This document shows, in pieces, positions 56,951-64,000 of a DNA stretch of 64,000 nt. The DNA lies in assembly GCA_027078545.1 (NCBI GenBank), contig JALWXN010000004.1, positions 448,001-512,000 on the forward strand, written 5' to 3'. Source of the stretch: Nitrososphaeria archaeon (GTDB lineage Archaea; Thermoproteota; Nitrososphaeria; Geothermarchaeales; JDFR-13). The translations under genes and the position numbers were made by a program. The notes under the pieces were generated by a model that saw nothing but the letters and a program-made list of their open reading frames with translations, made no database searches and was not told the origin of the DNA. Position 1 is the stretch's first letter, and the number at the start of each line of letters is the position of its first letter.

Positions 56951-58621
56951 ATGGGGGATGGACACGTCAGGAAGGTCTACATAGCCACATGGGGAGACTT
57001 CCACAGGTGGGATAAGGTAATCTACGAGTACAATAATAGGAAGAAGGAGGCTAAAGACTCACTCGCCATAGTCGCAGAGGTTGAAAAAGCCGGGAAAGGA
57101 AAGAATATCAATGATAATAAGTTTAGTATTCTCATATTTCTGCCCGAGAGCCTCGTAGCAACTATTCGTAAGCCTCCCAGAGAGCCGGAAGACGTGTCCT
57201 ATGCGATAGAGAGTCTAAAATCCGAGTGTAGATACTTCATATACCACGAACTAGGAGTTACGAGTGATGATGATCTGGCTATAAGGGTCATACCTAGTAA
57301 AGGGCTCTTCATAGCTAATAGCTCGCCATGCTCCTCAAAAATTTGGTTTGATACGCACATGGCTGACGCCAAACACATTATGTATAAGCACCTCATGGAC
57401 CATATTATCCGGGAGATTAGGCTCCTCAGGGAAGAAGCTGATAATGGTGGCAAGAGGGGAGGTTCAAAGCCTAGGCTCGAAGTCATCCTAGACCTGACAC
57501 ACTCTATTAATTACTTCTCGGCCTTGGCTCATGAGAATGTGATGAAGCTGATGGGGCTCCTTGAGATAGTGAAGAATCTCCTAGGCATAGATACTGTTCT
57601 CAAGGTAATAAACGCCGACCCCTATATTCCCGGGATGAAGAAGCAGAACCTCACTGTAAACCCCCTCTACACTGTCGATAAGGCAGGAGGGGGTAGGAAG
57701 TCCTACATCATAAATCCCTACCTACCCTTCATACATTCCACGAAAGGTGATAGGCTCAACGATAAGAGGCCATACTCATTCAAAGGGGGTAGTGACCTGG
57801 CTCGGAAGCTCAGCCCCTATTTGAAGAAATATGTCGAGGAACGCGTAGAGTATGTCGAGTTCCTGTCTAAGGCCTACTACTTGAACGCCCCCTTGGCATT
57901 GATGGCTACACCTCTAGACATCATGGAGCGTGGGATAGGAGAGATTATAGACATAGTGTTGGATACATACTACAACAAGGCAACAGAGGCATGTAAGGGC
58001 GGTGACACAGAGGATGACCGAGAGGGGCGACGATGCAAGGAACGCGCACCAGAGGCATATAGGGACGGTGACATCCTCGTGATTAAGCGGCACTTGATCC
58101 TGACCGACTCATTCCACGACATAGTCTCCATCTATGGATTCGCCAGACTACTGAACATGAGTGGAAGAGTCAACAAGTGTAGGCCTACTATGAGTGAGTT
58201 AGCCAACTTCTCCAATGCACTCTATCATAACAATGTCCAGAGTAGGATGATCGTGGATAATGAGATAGGATCCATAGCCAACAACATATGTAGATACGTT
58301 ATTCGTAGGGTTAAGTCGGGGGAGGGGCCTAGACGTATAAAGAAGGGGCTGGTGGACGTATTCGGGGAGACGATGGGCATACAGTATGCCATGAGCGATA
58401 AGAAGAAAAGTACAAGGAACTTCGTGGCTCATGCTGGGTTGGCCAAGGAGGTTGTATGTATAGATTTGGAGGTTGGTAATCGGCTAGTCTCGATGATTAA
58501 TAAGAATCTTGAGGATGGGAGTGAAGAGTGTAGGGGGATACAAGAGATAATTGGTAGGACAAGGCTATGGTATAACAAGGATTGGAGGTCTCTACTGAGG
58601 AGCCATATGGCTGTTGTGTAG
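56951..58621 (+). CDS. csx1: Csx1-family CARF-HEPN cOA-activated ribonuclease
   Basis: IATWGD...W..V.Y, LPESL, DLTHSINY (DxTHG-like), NADP, HEPN RNFVAHAGL. Confidence 0.88.
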   Translation: MGDGHVRKVYIATWGDFHRWDKVIYEYNNRKKEAKDSLAIVAEVEKAGKGKNINDNKFSILIFLPESLVATIRKPPREPEDVSYAIESLKSECRYFIYHELGVTSDDDLAIRVIPSKGLFIANSSPCSSKIWFDTHMADAKHIMYKHLMDHIIREIRLLREEADNGGKRGGSKPRLEVILDLTHSINYFSALAHENVMKLMGLLEIVKNLLGIDTVLKVINADPYIPGMKKQNLTVNPLYTVDKAGGGRKSYIINPYLPFIHSTKGDRLNDKRPYSFKGGSDLARKLSPYLKKYVEERVEYVEFLSKAYYLNAPLALMATPLDIMERGIGEIIDIVLDTYYNKATEACKGGDTEDDREGRRCKERAPEAYRDGDILVIKRHLILTDSFHDIVSIYGFARLLNMSGRVNKCRPTMSELANFSNALYHNNVQSRMIVDNEIGSIANNICRYVIRRVKSGEGPRRIKKGLVDVFGETMGIQYAMSDKKKSTRNFVAHAGLAKEVVCIDLEVGNRLVSMINKNLEDGSEECRGIQEIIGRTRLWYNKDWRSLLRSHMAVV

Positions 58622-58739
58622 TGGCGTAACACCTCCGTTTCCCAGAAGTATATATCACGATTTTTAGAAAAGTTGGAAATCCAAAAATCGGATTTTCCAA
58701 TAGATTTATATAGCATCCGCCTGATGTTGATTAGCAAGG

Positions 58740-60155
58740 GTGGTGTCTAGGCTGAGTAGGATATTCTTTCTCCCACTGCTCCTGGTCTTGCTCTTGCCTC
58801 TCGTCGGTGGTCTCCCCCAGTATCACTGGGCTAGTGTTACTGAGATTGGTGGTGTGGATATCCTTTGGAGGGATGCAGCGGTATGGGGTGACGCGGCTGC
58901 CCTTGGTGGGAGCTTTGCCGAGTATCCCCTCGTAGGCTTCATGAACATGACGAATTCTGGTTTCTGGTTATCCAGGATAGATACTGAGGGTGTCGCCTCG
59001 GCTGTGGAGCTCGTAGCTATAGCTGGTGACCTATATATAGCGGTGGGTGGCTGGGTCTTCGACCAGACAGGCTTGAAGAGGCCCTACGTAGCATTGATGA
59101 ACATGTCCGGGGAGCTGGTCGACTCAGAGGCCCCGCTCAACATTACTTTTGAGGATGGTGGGGTGACGGATCTCCTCCTGGGTCTGGATGGGAACCTCTA
59201 TGTCTTGGGCTATGCATTCGTTCCAGGCTCTGGCTATACACCCTTCTACTCGAGGTATAACCTAACCAGCCTCTCGATCGACTTCACCATGACCTACCCG
59301 GGTATGGGTAGGAGTACGAGGATGGCCTGGACAGATGCCTCGGCACTACTGGTCTCGAATAGGGATGGGGACATATTCCTCCTCGAGGTCGGGATCATCG
59401 ATGGGGTGCCGATCCAGTTTACACGGCTCTCTGGCGATGCCTTCGGACCAGAGATCTATGGCTACGACATCGCCTATGAGAACTGGACTATACTCCTGGC
59501 CGGTAGGACATCTGGGGGCTCAATGATGCTGGTCATGGAGTATCCGGGCTACAACCCCCTATGGCTAGGTAGCCAGACACTGGTCAACATGACTGGCGCC
59601 GAGTTCGACGGGCTTGGATACATGTATTTCATAGGTAGTGGTAGGGCCTTGATGGGTCAGAACACTAGTGGAGCCATTATATACCGCTTCAACCAGACCC
59701 CCACAGGTGGAGTGTTGCTAGACTACTGGCTGGTGGACAGCCCAGCTGAGGACGTGGTGACCGGCTCGGATATTGATGACCAGATCGTGGTGGCGGGCTA
59801 TGGGGACAGCTTCAGCCAGCCTGGTAAGGACGGATTATCCTTCCTCTATACCCACCAGCTAATGGACATCACCTTCCCAGCATGTCAAAACATTGGCACG
59901 ATAGATGTGGAGAGATATGCGAGGAGCCTCAACAGCTTCGCCGAGGAGCTCGAGGTTATACGTGAGGGTCCTGGGAGCAGCCCGGGTAGGCCGGAGCCAC
60001 TGGCCCTCACGGCATCAATGTTCGAGGAGAGCTTCACATGCATCGGCTATGACCCCAACAACCCGCCGATCATACCGGAGTATACACCCCTCCTCCTAGT
60101 AGCCGCCGCGGCTGGTGGGATAATCCTATACAGGGTGCTGAGGAGATACGCCTGA
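58740..60155 (+). CDS. Secreted surface protein with PIIPE-TM-basic C-terminus
   Basis: Signal peptide; propeller-like DGNLYVLG repeats; sequons; PPIIPEYTPLLLVAAAAGGIILYRVLRR. Confidence 0.75.
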   Translation: MVSRLSRIFFLPLLLVLLLPLVGGLPQYHWASVTEIGGVDILWRDAAVWGDAAALGGSFAEYPLVGFMNMTNSGFWLSRIDTEGVASAVELVAIAGDLYIAVGGWVFDQTGLKRPYVALMNMSGELVDSEAPLNITFEDGGVTDLLLGLDGNLYVLGYAFVPGSGYTPFYSRYNLTSLSIDFTMTYPGMGRSTRMAWTDASALLVSNRDGDIFLLEVGIIDGVPIQFTRLSGDAFGPEIYGYDIAYENWTILLAGRTSGGSMMLVMEYPGYNPLWLGSQTLVNMTGAEFDGLGYMYFIGSGRALMGQNTSGAIIYRFNQTPTGGVLLDYWLVDSPAEDVVTGSDIDDQIVVAGYGDSFSQPGKDGLSFLYTHQLMDITFPACQNIGTIDVERYARSLNSFAEELEVIREGPGSSPGRPEPLALTASMFEESFTCIGYDPNNPPIIPEYTPLLLVAAAAGGIILYRVLRRYA

Positions 60156-60215
60156 CCACCGATCCCTGGGACGGTAGGAGTAAAATCTGGGTGGATACTA
60201 TACTAGGATATTGAT

Positions 60216-61064
60216 ATGGACCGCGGCCTCGATAAGATCTATAGGCTTCTATGGCCGATGAGGCCTGGGGACAGTGGTGCCATTGAACGGTTCCACCGCC
60301 TAACCATGGAGTTCACTAGGCTGATAAGTAGCTGTGAACCGCTGAAGAGGCTGGGGGAGAGGGGTGTAGTCAGGATCCTCGAGCTGGGTAGTGGTACGGG
60401 GATAGCGGGTGTAGCCCTCTCCAAGGCGCTTCACGGCATGGGTATAGGTGTAGATATAGACTTCACAGATATCAGGGAGGGGGATCTCGATGCTGTTGAG
60501 GAGTGGCTCGAGACAGTGGGGCTCAGAGGGATAAGGCATAGGAGATACGTCCTAGACTCACGCAGCATACCTAAGAAGCTAGGCGGGGAGGAGTATGACC
60601 TAGTCCTATTCTTCGGCTCCCCACTACCCCATCTAGACGTGTTCGAGTATATCCTCACCGTCGCCGGGATTAGCCAGGTACTCAGGAGAGACGGGGTGTA
60701 CATGGTGGAGCAGTACAACCTGGGCTGGGAACTGCTGAGGAGGCGTGGGTTCCAGGAGATACTCCTGGAGAATAGGCTCGGCGAGGGGGAGGCGCTGATC
60801 TCTATCTACACAGGCTACGACGAGTATAGGGGTGTCCAGGAGAGGAGCTACTACAGGATACCAGGTATGGAGTATATAGGCAGGATGAGGTCTAGGCTAT
60901 GGGACATAGCCTCGATAATAGGTATCAACTGGATATTCTTCAGGAACGTGGAGATCAGGAGCTTCAGGGACATCCGGGAGGCCAGGGCGATAATCTCATG
61001 GGATACTAGGAAGGAGAAGCCAGGCTGGGAAGAACTATACAACACCCTCCCCAGCCAGGAATAG
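60216..61064 (+). CDS. Class I SAM-dependent methyltransferase
   Basis: ILELGSGTG, YDLV, L..DG motifs. Confidence 0.85.
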   Translation: MDRGLDKIYRLLWPMRPGDSGAIERFHRLTMEFTRLISSCEPLKRLGERGVVRILELGSGTGIAGVALSKALHGMGIGVDIDFTDIREGDLDAVEEWLETVGLRGIRHRRYVLDSRSIPKKLGGEEYDLVLFFGSPLPHLDVFEYILTVAGISQVLRRDGVYMVEQYNLGWELLRRRGFQEILLENRLGEGEALISIYTGYDEYRGVQERSYYRIPGMEYIGRMRSRLWDIASIIGINWIFFRNVEIRSFRDIREARAIISWDTRKEKPGWEELYNTLPSQE

Positions 61065-61178
61065 CCAGGCAACGAACCAACGGAGACATATACACCCCCA
61101 ACCAACAGGCACCAGCCATAGACCCAGTAAAAAACTTAAAGCCTTAAATAGGGAATATAGTATCAACAGGTATGGAGT

Positions 61179-61271
61179 AGCCGGGTGGCGCAGCCAGGCA
61201 GCGCGCCGGGCTCATATCAAGCTCCGGGGGATACCCGGAGGTCGGTGGTTCAAATCCACCCCCGGCTACCA
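61179..61271 (+). tRNA. Initiator tRNA-Met(CAT) with 16-nt intron at 37/38 (61217-61232); CCA encoded
   Basis: A1:U72 pair; three G:C pairs in anticodon stem CCGGG/CCCGG; CTCATA^A loop; TTCAAAT; TATA at 61144. Confidence 0.92.
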
Positions 61272-61472
61272 TTTCTCCTCCTGGGTTTTGACGTGTCTAT
61301 TAACAATGTGGATAGGCTCCTCTACTAAGGGAAAATTGTTAAAAATAGAGGTTCTAGAAAGCGTAGATTTAACAATAATCTGGCTAGGCAGGGGGTCTAG
61401 ATAAGCCTAGGGGGATGGAGCATTGCCACTCCACATGGGGTTGACCGCAAACATGTCTATACTCAGCAGTCC

Positions 61473-62144
61473 TCAGGATCCGTTGAGCTTATCTAGTTCA
61501 AGGGTTTTCCAGAGTATCCTATCCACCTCCTCCACATCCACCCAGCTAAGATTGGTGAACCTAGCCACTATCAAGTACATGAAGGAGAAGATGGCGTGGC
61601 GCCCCGCATCTATGACGACCTCCTCAGAGCTTGACACCTCCCTAAGCCTCTCCAGGAGAGCCTCCCTCTTCTCCTCCACCTCCCTATCAACGGCCTCCAT
61701 ATCCTTGGGGTATAGGGCGAATATCACTTCCACTTGGTTCCAACCCTTCTCCTCCCTGTAGAGGACCAGCCTAGACACTCCCTTCTTCGGGGGTAGCTCT
61801 AGTAAGAGCTCAAGACTATATCTTAGGGGGTCAACAGATATGCTAAGCAGCCTTGGGATCCTATCTTCAAAGCCGAGGTCTCTAAATATATTTTTAGCCC
61901 ATCTCTCATACATCTCCTCGGCCAGGACAAACATCGCACCGAACGACTCAGCCCTACCAGACCTAAGTATCCTAGCCACCAACCCCTCTCTATCCCCAAT
62001 ATCATGGACATAGCCCTGCATCGCCCTAATCACATTAACAGCAAGCCTCAAAACCTGCTCCATACTAATATCCATATCATTGCTGAGCCTCAGCAACTCT
62101 CTCCAAACATCCATAGGAATCTGGTTCAGCCTACGCTCCACCAC
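61473..62144 (-). CDS. Hypothetical protein with RHH-like N-terminus
   Basis: IPMDVWRELLRLSNDMDISMEQVLRLAV; likely GTG start at 62144. Confidence 0.55.
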   Translation of the reverse strand: MVERRLNQIPMDVWRELLRLSNDMDISMEQVLRLAVNVIRAMQGYVHDIGDREGLVARILRSGRAESFGAMFVLAEEMYERWAKNIFRDLGFEDRIPRLLSISVDPLRYSLELLLELPPKKGVSRLVLYREEKGWNQVEVIFALYPKDMEAVDREVEEKREALLERLREVSSSEEVVIDAGRHAIFSFMYLIVARFTNLSWVDVEEVDRILWKTLELDKLNGS

Positions 62145-62244
62145 AGAAACCCAGGGAAAAACAGACAGCCAGAAATACATAAACAAAAACTTACCACATC
62201 TAAAACCCCTCTGGATACAAACATACCACCAATAAACACCCACC

Positions 62245-63522
62245 AAAACAAACCCTCATAGGTATGCTGGAACTCCTTCATCACTAGGCTTGCTAGATAC
62301 TCTGCCACTGTGTTTCAAACCCTCGTAGGTATGCTGGAACCAGTGCATTCCTGATGAGGTCGAGGAATGTCCTAGAGTTTCAAACCCTCGTAGGTATGCT
62401 GGAACGAGACCGACGAAGCCGTGTAGCGGGTGGAGACCCGCGTTTCAAACCCTCGTAGGTATGCTGGAACCCTGTCCAGAGTTCCCAGTATACGTTACTA
62501 TCCACTAGTTTCAAACCCTCGTAGGTATGCTGGAACTAAGGGTTAAGAAGATGCCAGTGGAGGAGGGCGGTCGTTTCAAACCCTCGTAGGTATGCTGGAA
62601 CCCACACCGCCACCACCACCGCCACCCAAGACGGGCTGTTTCAAACCCTCGTAGGTATGCTGGAACTGTCCTTGTCCTCTTGGGGGTGGTTGAAGTGACG
62701 ACTTGTTTCAAACCCTCGTAGGTATGCTGGAACACTCATTCCTGTCTCCCTCCAGGATTTCGACCGGTGGTTTCAAACCCTCGTAGGTATGCTGGAACGT
62801 CCTTGTTTTTGTCCTTGGGGGTGGTTGAAGTGTCGTGTTTCAAACCCTCGTAGGTATGCTGGAACCTAGAGCCGACCAGAACCTACAGAAAATCAGAGCC
62901 GCGTTTCAAACCCTCGTAGGTATGCTGGAACACTCATTCCTGTCTCCCTCCAGGATTTCGACCGGTGGTTTCAAACCCTCGTAGGTATGCTGGAACCCGA
63001 AGTAACCATCCCCTAGCCACCACAGATAGCTGAAGTTTCAAACCCTCGTAGGTATGCTGGAACTTTTTCAGACAAAATGGTGTTTTTGTCGGGTTTTTAG
63101 TTTCAAACCCTCGTAGGTATGCTGGAACGTGATAGCCATGACCAACGCCGACGTATTCGACGTCTCGTTTCAAACCCTCGTAGGTATGCTGGAACACGCA
63201 CTGTTAAGATTATATGTACGCAGTGCATTCTGTTTCAAACCCTCGTAGGTATGCTGGAACGTGATTCCATGGTGAAGCCTATTCACGACGACATAGTTTC
63301 AAACCCTCGTAGGTATGCTGGAACTCCGTGGGCCCGCCACCCTCCCTGGGCGGGCGGCTTGTTTCAAACCCTCGTAGGTATGCTGGAACGCGTCGTTCAC
63401 GCTGAACCTGGTGGACTGAGGTGAGAAGTTTCAAACCCTCGTAGGTATGCTGGAACCCTTGTTGATGATTTCCAGTCTTCTCAGTATGGAGTCGTTTCAA
63501 ACCCTCGTAGGTATGCTGGAAC
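62245..63522 (-). CRISPR. CRISPR array 3: 20 repeats, 19 spacers (35-38 nt); repeat GTTCCAGCATACCTACGAGGGTTTGAAAC (29 nt, minus strand)
   Basis: Identical repeats; degenerate trailer at left; AT-rich leader at right; GAAAC 3' end. Confidence 0.98.
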
Positions 63523-63660
63523 CCGTGGTTTGTATAATATTTATTTGGTTTTCTTAGTTTTTAAGTTGTTTTTTAAGGATTGGGTGGCGACCACTAAGCT
63601 CAGCAGGAGGAGTATATAAAGCCGGTCACTAGGAGGGTTATGGATATCATTTACCTCATA
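63523..63660 (-). promoter_or_regulatory. CRISPR leader 3
   Basis: AT-rich; begins CCGTGG like leader 1; GTATATAAA element. Confidence 0.7.
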
Positions 63661-63790
63661 TGAGTATAGGATAATATTGTTTCTTTCTTTGTTTTCCATT
63701 TATTATTTCTCCTCTATCATTGTTATGTTTGCCTATGAATGAACGTGGATATACTGTAAGTAGTCCCTATCGTTATGGGGTGGTTAAGCT

Positions 63791-64000
63791 GTGATCGAGT
63801 CTCTAAGGATGATTGGTCTCTGGAACTTCTCCCGTTCTGGATATAAGACCCCTAGAGAACTAGTTATCAAAGGGAGAATCGAAGACCTAGACAAATTTAT
63901 AACCAGTAGGGTCCAGGGGGTGAAGAATAGGCAGATTATAGTCCTCATACTTGACCCGGCCAACCAGACGTTAAGAGTCGTTCCACGAGAGGTATCTAGG
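63791..64000 (+). CDS. 5' part of a gene cut by the window edge, possibly Cas8b/TM1802-like
   Basis: GGGGTGG RBS, then an open frame MIESLRMIGLW...IIVLILDP...LRVVPREVSR to the end of the window. Confidence 0.45.
   Translation, partial: MIESLRMIGLWNFSRSGYKTPRELVIKGRIEDLDKFITSRVQGVKNRQIIVLILDPANQTLRVVPREVSR

Noticed and set aside
44474-61300. Integrated element bounded by the tRNAs
   Set aside because: No integrase or transposase and no duplicated tRNA 3' end (att site) seen
61738-61752. Partial match to the array 1 repeat (CAACCCTTC)
   Set aside because: Short, inside a CDS, with no second copy or leader
62511-63500. ORFs with FQHTYEGLK / VPAYLRGFET repeats
   Set aside because: Translations of array 3
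33856-63522. Self-targeting spacers
   Set aside because: No spacer match to this window noticed by eye; a BLAST against the whole genome is still needed

Overview
64-kb window from a hyperthermophilic, GC-rich archaeal chromosome, probably Thermoproteota/TACK. The evidence is intron-containing tRNAs, an A1:U72 initiator tRNA, a Zn-ferredoxin, a tungsten AOR, PAC2 and TATA-type promoters. The first ~42 kb is mostly metabolic: AOR with MoaD/MoeB/TupABC, a copper-resistance cluster, branched-chain amino acid and ECF transporters, a glycerol/alkyl-DHAP-synthase-like cluster and GuaA. The remainder is defence-rich and accessory. It holds three minus-strand CRISPR arrays of two repeat families (28, 5 and 20 repeats) and dispersed CARF genes (csa3, csx1). 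It also holds a probable cas8b start at the right edge, a frameshifted VapBC, an NDT/TIR-like operon, two PIIPE-CTERM surface proteins, a candidate C/D box sRNA and two tRNAs. The least explained elements are (i) a ~1.2-kb non-coding locus at 48.1-49.3 kb with ~10 iterated ACATAT-N7/8-CCCC motifs, two 31-bp palindromes and a strand-skew switch, and (ii) a membrane-tethered, Met-rich wHTH regulator followed by a GTTAC repeat cluster and a Met/Gly-rich exported protein. All calls are from reading the sequence by eye; no database searches were run.
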